Assembly (NCBI RefSeq): GCF_030028105.1
Contig: NC_092372.1
Location: 57,230,034 to 57,294,033, forward strand
Length of the DNA stretch: 64,000 nucleotides
Source of the DNA: Mobula birostris
Taxonomy: Eukaryota
Direction: 5' to 3'
Shown here: in pieces, positions 33,371 to 46,023 of the stretch
Layout of the letters: each line of letters starts with the position of its first letter
Numbering within the stretch: position 1 is the stretch's first letter
The notes under the pieces: model-generated
The model's database searches: none
What the model was told of the DNA's origin: nothing
What the model saw: the letters and a program-made list of their open reading frames with translations, nothing else
Program-made: the position numbers and the translations under genes

Positions 33371-36300
33371 GTTCTAGACAGGAAGTTTAGTTTCCACCAA
33401 ATTCTAGGGAGTATTAAGGCAGCCCATTTTTTTTTCTCTCTCTTACAAGTAAAGAGTCAAAATCCAGCTGCATTGATAGGGTTGGCTTCCACTGGGAGGA
33501 CAATGCTGCAAATGCTGGTGTAGCACAGGAGCAAATAGGTATTAATGCAATGAAGATCACAAGAGGAGATTGGGCAGGTGAGAAGGATTGCAGCATGGTT
33601 GGTGTATCAGTGCTTTAGGAACTGAGAGTTACTGGGGTTCAGAGGCAAGTGAGTGCTGAAACAAGAGAAGTCAGACATCTAGATGATTGTAGAAACCTCA
33701 CATAGTGTCAGTAATAGTTGATCATATTGCAAGCACAGGTCAACAATTGTGGGTCAATGATTTAGTACTATCTTTGAAGAAAAGAGTGTGGGATACCCAA
33801 TAATATGAAGGGAAATAGGTAAGCCTCAAGGACAGTAGGAAGAAAGCACTCCTGATTCTCCTAGTAATCTTGTATGTTATATAGCACAACACTTCAATCT
33901 TGCTACCTTCACTAGCCTTTGATTGTTGGTTTTGTGATGCCTAGGAAAATTGATTGGTCATCATTAAGTTACTGACTGTGCATTCCTAAGCTAGCTCCAT
34001 TAAAGCTGAATGTAGCCCAGGATCAAGGGTGGTTAAGTTCAGGTTTAAGATGTTAAAGATGTTTAACTTCCATCTAACCTAATCCTACCCACTTCAATGG
34101 TTAAAATTTTCATCAATACAGGAGATCACACTGCAGGAGACAGATCACCATAGAAACAAGAACAATTCCAGTCCAGCTGTGTAAATCGAGAAAAAAAAAC
34201 ATGCAAAGTGTAAATCAATCATGCCTTGTTTTTATAGAAACCTATCATTGAAAAGCCACCACCTCTGAGCTGTACTTTAATATTACGAAGGACTTTTTAG
34301 AGGCTTGACAGAATTCAATGTGGAAAGGAACACAGATCCAACACAGCTGATGCAAGCCCACCTTTCACTTCTTGATATCACGGTCTTATTTGATATTTTC
34401 CCTATTGCGCAATATCTCACTACATTATGCCTTTGCTGAAATCCCAATTGCCAATGAAGCAGAAAACTGATTACAAGAGAATATTCTGCACTGCAATGAT
34501 CTGAATCCAAATAGCTGGAATCATCCTGACAAGCTTGAGACTGCTGCAAGTACATCCCAAAGTACGAATATCAAACCAAGAGGCACAGGTTTAAGGTGAG
34601 AGAAAGGAGTTTTAAAGGGGATCTGAAGCATAATTTACTTTTGTGCAGAGTAGATGATAGATGGAATGTTTTGCCAAAGGAGGAGATGATATCAGATGCA
34701 TTTACTATATTTAAGAGGCATTTAGGCAGGCACTTAAATATGTAAAGCATAGAAACTTGATCCCAACATGAGCAAATGGGATTAAGATGAGCTGAAGAAC
34801 CCATTTCTCTGCTGTACAACTCCATAACTCGATGGCACTGGCATTAAGTGCTCCATCTAAAGTTGACATTTAGGTATATTTTGGGAATTTGAAAATATTA
34901 GTGGTGTTTTTTAATACAATTCTAATTTGTTGGCGCACAGGCCACAGAGGTGGACTCAATTCTAATTTCAATATTTCAATGTAATAAAAATTAATAGTAA
35001 ATTATTAAAAAGCTCATAATTCATGTTTTATGCTTCTATGCAAAAAGTAGTCTATTAAGTAAAAATTTAAATTAACTCGTGTAAATTTTAAAAAATGCAT
35101 GTTCAAAATTAGAGTATAAATGCATTTTGCAGACTTCTGTTTTTTCATAGGAATAACAATAAATTGTAGAGAAAAAGAAACTGCAAGTCTGGTAGATAGT
35201 TAGACTTATTCCATGATATAGATAAAACAACATTACAACAGAGCTATATAAACAATGACATGGAACTCATCACATGAGCAAGCTGACAGGAATACAAACT
35301 TTTTACTGTAAGCTCCCTCAGCACCGCTCCATGAACTCTGTCTATATTTCTTGCTGTCTCAGTAAGGCAGCCAGCACAATCTACGACTATACCCATTCTG
35401 AGCATTCTCACTTCTCCCCTTTCCTGTTGGCAGGATACAGAAACCTGAAAGCACATAGCAGGACCCTGCTGTTAGAAGACTATTGAATGGTTCGCAGAAT
35501 GGACTCTTGACCGCAAAGTCATTATGATTTTGCACCTTAATGTCTACATGCACCATACTTTCCTTGTAGTTGTAACACTTTATTCTGCATTCTTATAATA
35601 TTTTATTTTGTGTTACCTCAATGCACTACGTAATGATTTGATCTGTATGAACAGTATGCAAGACAAGCTCTTCACCTAACCTTCAGTAAACATGACAGTA
35701 ACAAATAAATTTAAATTCCAATAATCTGAATTACTTCAATTGTGGTAGGATCCTCCACAAATATCATAACATAGATTACCTCAGTCTGTGTTTTTGCTTG
35801 GCAGATATTATTGATTGTCTTCAGATTCCTTCTCATTGACTAACAAATAATTGGTGCTGAAGATCCGTTCTTATGGTGGGGTGGTATTAGAACTTATTTG
35901 CAACTTGAAATATTTCATGTGGTACACAATTCATTTTGACATTGAGAGCATGTGTTCATGAACATCTTTGACATCCTTTGGATCTATGAAAAATCATAGA
36001 TATGAATAATTCATAAGTAATTCAAGACAGCGATTAATTAATGTCTCTTCATCCAGAGTAGAGTAAATCTTTGCAAAAGAGAGGGGAGGAGAATTTGTGT
36101 CTGGACAAAGACAGAGATTGATAGGTTTTGGGGTTCAAGGGATATGGGGCTATAGGAGGAGCATGGCACTTAGTTACACGATGGCCCTATTGAAAGGAAG
36201 AACAAATCTGAATGGCTTAATAGCTATACTCCACCATGAATGAACAATGAAGGGATGATTAGTAGTGGAACAGAGAGACCTTTATGACAGAGTATAGCTT

Positions 36301-38937
36301 TCATGTGCAGTTTGAAAGTATATTTGTTTGGATACGGAACGATAGTCATCAAATAATTTATTTCCAGAATTTATTGATGCAATGCTTTACAACAATTAGG
36401 AAAAGCTGCTTTCTCAGTGAATAAACCTGAGCTTTTTAATTACCAACAAAGCCATACATAACTTATTCATTGCATTCAATGGAAATTTTAAAAAGCAATA
36501 CACATTTATTAACTTTCTATAAGAGTACAGAAGATGAGGTTATTTGTGCTTTCAAATGACAGCAGCTTTTATCAGTACATTTTATATACCACATGGATGT
36601 TTGCCATTCTAAGCCTGATTATCTGAGTTTGAGCACATTAGATTATTGAGGAAGAAAGAGGAGTTACTGAATGAACACTGCCCTCTGCTGAACTGAATTA
36701 ATTCTTTGTTTAATTAAATTTGTCTTATACACATTTTTGTGAATATAATAATCCAGGCTTTTTTGAAAAATACAGAGAAACTCAGTGCATGCAAATTTCT
36801 TGTGTATTTGCATACAAATGATGAAGTCTTGGAGTTGCTGTGAGCTCTTCCCCATTGTTTCCTGCATCAAAGTTCAAAGTTCAAAGTGCGTTTGTCATCC
36901 AAGTATGTGTATGTCACGATATGCTACCCCAAAATTCACTTTCCTTCTGGGCATTCATAGTGGATACAATAGAAATACAATGGAAGCAATGAAAAACCAC
37001 ACTAAACAAAGATGGTCAAATAACAAATGTGCAAAAGAAGACAAGTTGTGCAATTAAAAAAAAAGAAATAATAATAATAAATAATATTGAGAGTATGAGT
37101 TGTAGAAGATGAGCCCATATGTTGTGAAATCAATTCGGTGCTGAGGTGAGTGAAGTTATCCACACTGGTTCAGGAGCCTGATGGTTGAAAGGTAAAATCC
37201 ATACCTGAACATTGTGGTGTGGGTCCTGAGACTCCTGTACCTCCTTCCTGATGGCGGCAGCGAGAAGAGAGCATGGCCTGGATGGTGGGGGTCCCTAATG
37301 ATGGATACTGTTTTCTTGTTTAGACTGTCCAGTTTAGGCTTCTAAAATTTGTTGAGAGTTTATTTTGAATTTTAGGTGCTTTTATGTATCTTAATTGTGT
37401 TTACACATTTATATATCTTTAAACTAAGATAATTTATAATAATTCTAATAATTTTTATTGTTTTTCCTTTTAAATGTCTGCAACATTCAGAAACATTCAG
37501 TCTTTAAAAGCTTAGGGTATGTTAGGGGATATAGCCTAGCCAACTGTCAAAAGATTTTCTCCTCTTTTTATGCGTGGGCTAGTTCTGCTCCCCAGAAGAT
37601 CTACTTGTGTGGTGGAAGGAGCCTGTACAGCACACAGCCACACTGTGAGGGATCTAGCCGATTCAACTATACACACTGCAGCTGCTTGGATTGACTGGAG
37701 GAAGCTCAAACTTCATTCAGTCAATAGATCGCTGTTGACAGCACATTCTGCCCAATAGTCAGGACCTTGTGGCTATAACGACAGTGAAGCTGTCATTGCT
37801 CACCCTCATTATTGTGCAAAAATGAGACCACTCTGTCATCTGCACATGCATTGATAAGTGTGAAAAACCCAAACTGCTGTCAGTGTTATCCTGCTCATCC
37901 ACAAGATGCAATCAACACAGAATAAGTAAACTGATGGAAACATTTTTATGCATTATTATCACTGTAAAACCATCGAGAATGTTAAATATTGAATAAGATA
38001 GTATTAAGTTTTTTTTAGCTGGACATCAAGTCATGATTACTGGATATTTCTGTGGTTTCTGTTGTGGAAAGCTGGTTTTTATTCACTGCAGACTTTTATT
38101 CCTTCTTTTCTGTAATAAAATATTCCATAGAAATTAAAAATAACAAACTTTAAGCATTTGTTTTGGTATTTCAACTTCTTATCATAATTATACTTCAGTC
38201 AAAATATTAAATATTGAATTATTATAACTGTGCTCTCTTACTTTGCTCACAGCAGCCTGCAATTCGATTAGTTGCTCAGGCCAACGAGATTCATGAACAG
38301 CCTGTTGTCGGGTGCTGTCGAGACCCTATAACTTGAGCCATACTGGAAGTTACGCTGGCATTGTTAAAATTGGAGCTGGATTTTCGTAAGGGATTTGTTT
38401 AGGAATAACAGCATTGCTCCTTTACTAATGACTGTAAAACATAAACAGATTTTCTGTCCTGAGTAAATGCCCTATTGACTGTCAATAACAATTACAAGTG
38501 AAATTAAATGAAAATATTGCTGAGCGTCACTTCTCAGACTGACTTATTCATATTCCGTTGTATGCTCAATTACATTTAAGATGCTTTAATTCAGAAAATT
38601 GCATCTAACATAGGAACACCAAATATGGGATCAATGTACGTGCTTTCATTTCTGCCTTAAGTTTCTTGATATCTTCAGCACAGAAATAAATCTGTTTCTT
38701 CGAATGGATTGAGCATGAAACTGTTGCCTTCACGATGGAATGAAGAAAAGAAGATGTAAACATTTTAAACAATGGGAAAAGAACTCCGAGCAAGAATATT
38801 ATCATCTTGTTGGTTCATTGTAAGTGACCAGCTGTCTATATAAATTTTATATGGATAGTGTAATTGTTTCATTATTAGGGGACGATGAAGTTACATATGA
38901 GTGAGAATAGATTTAAAGACCTTTAAAGTGTGCAAAT

Positions 38938-39332
38938 ACATTCTGTGGCCACTTTATTAGGTACCTCCTGTACACAGTAAAGTGCCCACTGAGTGTATGC
39001 CTGTGGTCCTCTGCTGCTGTAGCCTGTCCGCTTCATGGTTTGACATGTTGTGCATTCAGAGATGATCTTCTGCACACAGCTGTTGTAACACTGGTTATTT
39101 GAGCTACTGTCACTTTCCTGTCAGCTTGAATCAGTTTGGCCAGCCTCCTCTGATTTTTCTAATTAGCAAACGGGTTTTCACCCATGAATCTGCCGCTCAC
39201 AGGCTGTTTTTATTTCTTGTAGTTTTGCAGCTTTATCTGTAAACTCTAGAGGCTGTTGTGTGTGAAAATCCCAGGAGATTAGTAATTTCTCAGATATTCA
39301 AACCACCCTGTCTAGCACCAACAATCATTCCA
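38938..39332. mobile_element. Tc1-family non-autonomous element, right end lost
   Basis: TIR gtggccactttattaggtac followed closely by its inverse gtaaagtgcccactgagtgta; body shared with 56130-56494 and 59061-59591. Confidence 0.75.
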
Positions 39333-39344
39333 TTGACCGTTCGC

Positions 39345-39475
39345 TAGTGCTGCTGAAGGGTTTCGGTCCAAAGCGTTGACTGTACTTTTTACCATAGATG
39401 CTGCCTGGCCTGCTGAGTTCCTCCAGCATTTTGTGTGTTGTTTAGATTTCTAGCATCTGCAGATTTTCTCTTGTC
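39345..39475 (+). mobile_element. PLE terminal repeat with decayed hammerhead motif
   Basis: agtg-CTGCTGA-agggtttcggtcc-AAAGC-GTT-gact followed by the family tail. Confidence 0.7.
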
Positions 39476-40049
39476 TTAAAATGTTTAGATCAGATGGATT
39501 GAGGCTCCACACTTATAAATTTTAATTTTTGCTTTCAGAGCAGTTGTTTGAAATATGTAAGCCACTGCAGCAGTAAAAACAAAATATTATTGAATGACAC
39601 ATTGACCTAACTCTCTGCAAATAAGTTAATATATTTGTAGTGAGTACATTAATGTATCATTTCTTATTTTAAATCTTGTCAAGCCTGTATTTTAAATATA
39701 ATCTATTTTAAACAGAACCAAAAATATTGGAAGAGCTACAATATTCAAAAAAGAATCTGTGGTGATAGAAACTAGTTGATGTTTTAAGTTGAAAAACTCA
39801 TTAGGACCACATTTCAGCATCTGTGGCTTGAAAGTCCAACATCAAATAGTCAACAAGCATTTGAAAGAGACCAAATTCAAGGAATCTGCTGACAATTTAA
39901 ATTTTAAAGCAAAGTCTGAAATGCAAGTACAAATATTTCTGGCAGGGATGCCAAGTTCGTAAAGAAATTTGCATATGCGTGTACTGAGCCATTGTCTGTA
40001 GTTCCTAACAAAATATTGGATAAATGTGCATTATTCATTTGATTCAATC

Positions 40050-40305
40050 ACTGTCCCTTGTAACTCCTCATTTTACTCAATGTCGGTCCATAACCATCTC
40101 TACTGCCGCCATGAGGCCTCTCTGAATTTGGAAGAGCAGCACTGCATATTCCGTCGAACAGCCTCCAGCCTGATGGCATGACATCGATTTCTTCAACTTC
40201 CGGTAATATTTCCCCACTCTGGCATCTTACCTCTTCTCCTTATCTGCCTACCACCTGACGCTCCTGCTCCTTTCATTCCTCCAATCCACTCTTCTCTCCA
40301 ATCAG
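40050..40305 (+). mobile_element. PLE GIY-YIG endonuclease C-terminal remnant and 3' pyrimidine tract
   Basis: LYCRHEASLNLEEQHCIFR / SLQPDGM / IDFFNFR* across frameshifts. Confidence 0.75.
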
Positions 40306-40795
40306 ACAGCTGTGAAGATCCCTGCTGCTCCTGATCTCCGTCTCAGAGGCCGATGTTAGGCTGTCTTTAAAGAGAGTGAACCCTCGCAAGGCGAACGGTC
40401 CCAATGGAGTACCTGGTAAGGCTATGAAAACCTGTGCCAACCAACTAGCAGAAGTATTCGAGGACATTTTCAACCTCTCACTACTACGGGTAGAAGTTTC
40501 CACTTGCTTCAAAAAGGCAACAATTATACTAGTGCCTAAGAAGAATAGCGTGGGCTACCTCAATGACTATCGCCCAGTAGCACTCACACCGACAAGGATG
40601 AAATGCATTGAAAGGTTGATCACCACTAGACTGAACTCCTGTCTCAGCAAGGACCTGGACCCATTGCAATTTGCCTATTGCCACAATAGGTCAATGGCAG
40701 ACGCAATCTCAATGGCTCTCCACGTGGCTTTAGACCATCTGGACAACACAAACACCTATGTCAAGATGCTGTTCATCGACTATAGCTCAGCACTT
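40306..40795 (+). mobile_element. Rex1/Babar RT fragment
   Basis: [47 protein letters not shown]. Confidence 0.9.
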
Positions 40796-43795
40796 GATAT
40801 CATAATGTCCAAGGATACACATTGTATCGAAAGCACAGGCAGGAAGGCATAGGGGGTGGTGTTGCTCTATTGGTAAAAAATAAAATCAAATCATTAGAAG
40901 AGATGACATAGGGTCAGAAGGTGTGGAATCATTGTAGATAGAGCTTAGAAATGCAAAGGTAACAAGACCCTGATAGGAGTTGTACACAGACCACCAAACA
41001 GTAGTAAAAATGTGGCATACAAATTACGATAGGAGGTAGCAAATGCATGCTAAAAGGGCAATGTTACAATAGTCATTGGGAATTTCAATATGCATGTAGT
41101 TTGGGAAAATCAGGTTGGTGCTGGAATTCAGGAGGGAGAATGTCTTGAGTGCCAGTGAGATGGCTTTTTAGAGCAGCTTTGTGTGAAGCTCACTAGAGGA
41201 TCAATTATTCCAGACTGGGTGTTGTGCAATGAACCCGAATTGATAAGAGACCTTAAGGTAAAAGAGCCCTTATGGGGAAAGTGATCATAATATGATGAAA
41301 TTCACCCTGAAATTTGAGAAGGAAAAGTTAAAATCAGATGTATTAGTGCTACAGTGGAGTAAAGGGAATGACAGAAACATAAGAGAGGAGTTGGCCAAAA
41401 CTGATTGGAAAAGAACATTGGCAGGAATTATGGCAGAGTAGCAATGACTTGAATTTCTGGAAGCAATTTGGAAGGCACAGGATATGTAGTAAACATCTCA
41501 AAGGGAAAGAAGTATTCTGAGGGAAAGATGACACAACGAGAGAACTCAAAGCCAACATAAAAACCAAAGAGAGGGCATACAATAAAGCAAAAAATAGTGG
41601 AAAGTTAAAGGATTGGAAAGCTTTCAAAAACCAATAGAAGGCAACTAAAAAGTCATTAAGAAGGTAAAGGTAGAATACAAAAGTAAGCTAGACAATAACA
41701 TTAATGATGATACCAAATGTTTATTCAGATACATAGAGTGGATATCAGACTGCTGGAAAATGATGCCGCAGAGGTAGTAATGAGGGACTGAACTGAATAA
41801 GTATTTTGCATCAGTCTTCACGGTAGAAGACAGTAGAAGTACAGAGGAAGTTCCAGGTGTCAGGGGGTCATGCAATTTGTGAAGTTGAAATAACCAGAGA
41901 AAAGTTTCTTGGGAAACTGACGGGTCTGAAGGTAGAGAAGTCACCGGGACCAGGCGGTGTACATCCCAGAGTTCTGAAAGAGCTGGCTGAAGAGATCATG
42001 ATGGCATTAGCAATAATCTCTCAAGAACTACTAGATTCTGGATTGGTTCAAGAAGACTGGAAAAATGCAAGTGTCATTCCACTCTTCAAGAAGGGAAAGA
42101 GGCAGAAGAAAGGAAACTATAGGCCATTCAGTCTGACCTCAGTGGTTGGGAAAATGTTGGAGTCTATTATTAAGATGAGGTGTCAGGGTACTTGGAGGCA
42201 CATGATAAAATAGGCTGCAGTCAGCATGGTTTCCTTAAGGGAAAATGCATGAGAAATCTGGTGGAATTCCTTGAAAAAATAACAGGCAAGATAGACAAAG
42301 GAGAATTCATTGATGTTATGTACACAGAGTTTCAGAAGGCTTTTGACAAAGTGTCACACATGAGCCTGCTTCATAAGCTATGAGCCCCTGTATGACATGA
42401 AATATTCTAGCTTGGTAAAGCAGTGGGTGATTGGCAGGAGACAAAGAGTGGGAATAATGGGAAACATTTCTAGCAGGCTGCCGGTGACTAGTGGTGTTCC
42501 ACAGGGATCTGTGTTGTGACCAATTCTTTTTAAATTATACGTCAATGATTTGGATGATGGAATTGAGGCATTGTTGCAAAGTTTGCAGACAATATGAAGA
42601 AAGGTGGAGGGCAGGTACTTTTGAAGAAGGAGAGAGGCTACAGAAGGACTTAGATGGATTATGAGAATGGGCAAAGAAATGGCAGATGGAATACAGTGTC
42701 GAGAAGTGCATGGCCATGCACTTTGGTAGAAGAAATGAAAGGGTTGACTATTTTATAAATGGAGAAAAAATATAAAAAAACTGAGGTGCAAAGAGACTTG
42801 GGAATCTTTGTGCAGGATTCCATAAAGGTTAATTTACAAGTTGAGTCTGTGGTGAGGAAGGCAAATGGAATGTTATCATTCATTTCAAGCGGACCAGGAT
42901 ATAAAAGCTAGGATGTAATGGTGAAACTTTATGAAGCACTAGTGAGCAAGATTGGGCCCTTTATGAGGGGTGATTGATAAGTTTGTGGCCTAAGGAAGAA
43001 CGCGATAAGTTATACAGCTCACCTTACATGCATATGCAGTTCAATGCTTTGAGTTATTACGCAGAAAGTTTGAAGTTAATACTCATCAGTTAATAACTCA
43101 TCAGGGGTGATTGATAAGTTTGTGGCCTATGGTAGGAGATGAGTTATTAATGAATTATTATGTTGAAAAATAAATGTGCTTGGTTTTCTAAAACTGACTC
43201 CTTCTACCTTAGGCCACAAACATATCAATTACCCCTCATACCTTAGAAAGTATGTGCTGAAACTGGAGAGGGTTCAAAGGAGATTCATGAAAATGATTTC
43301 AGGATTGAATGGCTTGTCATATGAAGAGTGTTTGATGGCTTTGGGCCTGTATTTGCTGGAATTCAGAAGAATGAGGGCTGACCTCATTGAAACCTATTGA
43401 ATGGTGAAAGGCCTTGATAGAGTGGATATGGAGAGGATGTTTCCTCTGGTGGGAGAGTCTAAGATTAGATGACACAGCTTCAGAATAAAGGGGTGTCCTT
43501 TTAGAATGAAGATGAGGAGGAATTTCTTTAGGCAGAGAAACTGTGAAATTCTTTGCCACAGGCAGCTGTGGAGGCCACGCTTTTATGTATATATGTATAT
43601 TCATGCATATTCAAGTTTTATCTATATACATTTGTATTAAGAATCTTGATAGATTGTTTGCCTAGGGCACGAAGGGATACAGGGAGAAGGCAAGAGAACG
43701 GGGCAGAGAGAAAAATAGGATTAGCCATGAGGAAATGGCGGAGAAGACTCAAAGAGCCAAATGGCTTAATTATGCTCCTAAATCTTATGATTCTT
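40796..43795 (+). mobile_element. CR1 ORF2 (APE to 3' tail), decayed
   Basis: APE remnants; KSPGPGGVHPRVLKE, NYRP.SLTSVVGK, FQKAFDKV; C-terminus and tail. Confidence 0.9.
42964..43238. mobile_element. Mariner-type MITE in CR1
   Basis: TIRs tgaggggtgattgataagtttgtggcctaagg / ccttaggccacaaacatatcaattacccctca; TA on both sides; extra internal TIR near 43102. Confidence 0.85.
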
Positions 43796-44160
43796 CTGTG
43801 TGTCTGTCTCACATGTTCAGATATTTCTGAATATGTTACACCAGAAGAGTGGTTCATAAAGAAATCTACAGCAGTCTTTGTAGTCATTTAAAAGATCACC
43901 TGTCACTTGTAGTCCATCCATGCATGATACTGTATGCTCTGCTGAACATGCAACATGAAGGTTTGAGGTGTTGTGCATGTTATGGAAGGTGTCATAGGTT
44001 ATAACTGGACATAGACAGGATGTAGAACTAGGCTGAAAAGTGACAGATGGCTCAAAGGTACATTTATTAGCAAAATATGCAACTCTGAAATTCTTCTCCA
44101 GATAGCCATAAAATCAACAAAGAAAAAAAACAGCTGCACGATCATCAACCATCTAATACC

Positions 44161-44768
44161 CCCCCCCACACACAAAAAACCCATGGAACTGGCATATCAA
44201 CCCCCAAATCCCCCTTCCCCCATCAACCCCCAAATCCCCCTTCCCCTATCAACCCCCAAATCCCCCTTCCCCCTATCAACCCCCAAATCCCCCTTCCCCC
44301 ACACACAGAAAACCCATGGAACTGGCATATCAACCCCCAAATCCCCCTTCCCCTATCAACCCCCAAATCCCCCTTCCCCCTATCAACCCCCAAATCCCCC
44401 TTCCTCCACACACAGAAAAGCCATGGAACTGGCATATCAACCCCCAAATCCCCCTTCCCCTATCAACCCCCAAATCCCCCTTCCCCCTATCAACCCCCAA
44501 ATCCCCCTTCCCCCTATCAACCCCCAAATCCCCCTTCCCCCACACACAGAAAAACCATGGAACTGGCATATCAACCCCCAAATCCCCCTTCCCCTATCAA
44601 CCCCCAAATCCCCCTTCCCCCACACACAGAAAAAACCATGGAACTGGCATATCAACCCCCAAATCCCCCTCCCCCCTATCAACCCCCAAATCCCCCTTCC
44701 CCTATCAACCCCCAAATCTCCCTTCCCCCTATCAACCCCCAAATCCCCCTTCCCCCACACACAGAAAA
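44161..44768. repeat. Higher-order C-rich/G-rich minisatellite
   Basis: 17 copies of the 26-27-bp unit ATCAACCCCCAAATCCCCCTTCCCC(C)T in blocks of 4,3,4,2,4, separated by an acacacagaaaa(n)ccatggaactggcat spacer. Confidence 0.97.
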
Positions 44769-44849
44769 AACAAGAAATATTGGACGAAAAACACAGAATA
44801 TAAAAAAAAACTATAAGACTGAAAGAAGTCCAAGTTCATATGCAAAATG

Positions 44850-45388
44850 TGGAAAAAAAAGAGTTAAATCTAGAAAATTGTAAAGTGATACACTTTGGCA
44901 GGTCAAAGCTGAAGGCAGAGTAGAAGATAAATGGCAGATTCTTAGCATTGTGGAGGAACAGAAGGATCATGGGTTCCAAGTCAATAGATACATTATGGTG
45001 GACAGCAAATTGATAGGGTTGTTAAGGAGGATTATGATGCATTATCCTTTATTAGTTGGGGGATTGCATTCAATAGCCAGGAGGTAATATGGCAGTTCCA
45101 TAAAACTTAGTTTAGACTGCATGTGAAGCATTACATTCAGTATTGTCACCTTCATTATAGGATGTGGAAGATTTAGAACGAGTACAGAAGAGATTTACCA
45201 GGATGATGTCTGGGTTAGAGAACCTGTCTTTATGAGGAAGGATTGAGCTGTTAGAGCTCTTTTGGAATGAAGGAGGATGTGAGGTGACTTGATGGAGGTA
45301 CACAAGATGATAAAAGTCATAGAGTGAACAGACAGCACCTTTTTATCCATGGCAGCAATAGCTAATATGAGAGGACATGGTATTTGGG
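44850..45388 (+). mobile_element. Old CR1 3' fragment (probably continues at ~46655-46950)
   Basis: CR1 C-terminal nucleotide motifs; (CTATGTT)n tail at 46903-46950. Confidence 0.7.
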
Positions 45389-45710
45389 TGTGATGACATT
45401 GGGTTTGTGGACCACAAAGTTCTGAAGTCAAACAAACACCTTAAGCCCCAGAGGATGTAAATACCCACTGGTGCTCTCACTACAAGGAGATTATACTGCA
45501 ACTATCCAATCTTCAAAGACTAGTTCACTTCCCTGTTTGTTCTCCAGAGCAAGTTTAGCTGCCAATATACTCTGTTTGAGCAGACGGGCCCCCTCTCCCT
45601 GCCAGGGAGAAGATGCTTCCACCTAACAAAGTAGTTTAAATCCAAACAGCACTCTTAAAATGCACTCTATCTTAAACATTTCAAACTTGCAAGCCATTTC
45701 TAAAACATAA

Positions 45711-46023
45711 TGTCAAAAAATGTGGAGGAGGCTTGACCCAAATGCAGGGCAGCAAAGTCAATTTAGCAGTAAGCAATAACTTTAGTAATAAAGTGCAAAA
45801 TAGCAAACCATGAGTGGCCAGAAAGTATGAGGGAACCGATACTAAATGCAAAAAGGTAACTGCAAGCTAGGAGCAACTGGTTGAGGCTGGCTAGTTCAAT
45901 GAATGAACAGGATCTGTGGATGAGGACTGGGTTTAAAAAGGCTGGATGAGCTGGAAATGAGCAGCATGTGACTCCTGTTAGCTGGTTGGAGACTGGGAGG
46001 AGACTGCATATGTAGGCCTGACA
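45711..46023 (-). mobile_element. Possible Gypsy solo LTR
   Basis: TGTCA...TGACA termini, 313 bp, gacccaaatgca motif; no TSD visible. Confidence 0.45.

Noticed and set aside
33043-33390. Hydrophobic 115-aa 'membrane protein' ORF
   Set aside because: Artefact of the C/T-rich tract.
38253-38388. Plus-strand frame with a single in-frame TGA as a selenoprotein exon
   Set aside because: No resemblance to a selenoprotein family and no identifiable SECIS element.
44183-44883. Proline-rich and glycine-rich ORFs; repeat-spacer pattern resembling CRISPR
   Set aside because: These are translations of the minisatellite. The spacers are near-identical rather than unique, there are no cas genes, and the context is eukaryotic.
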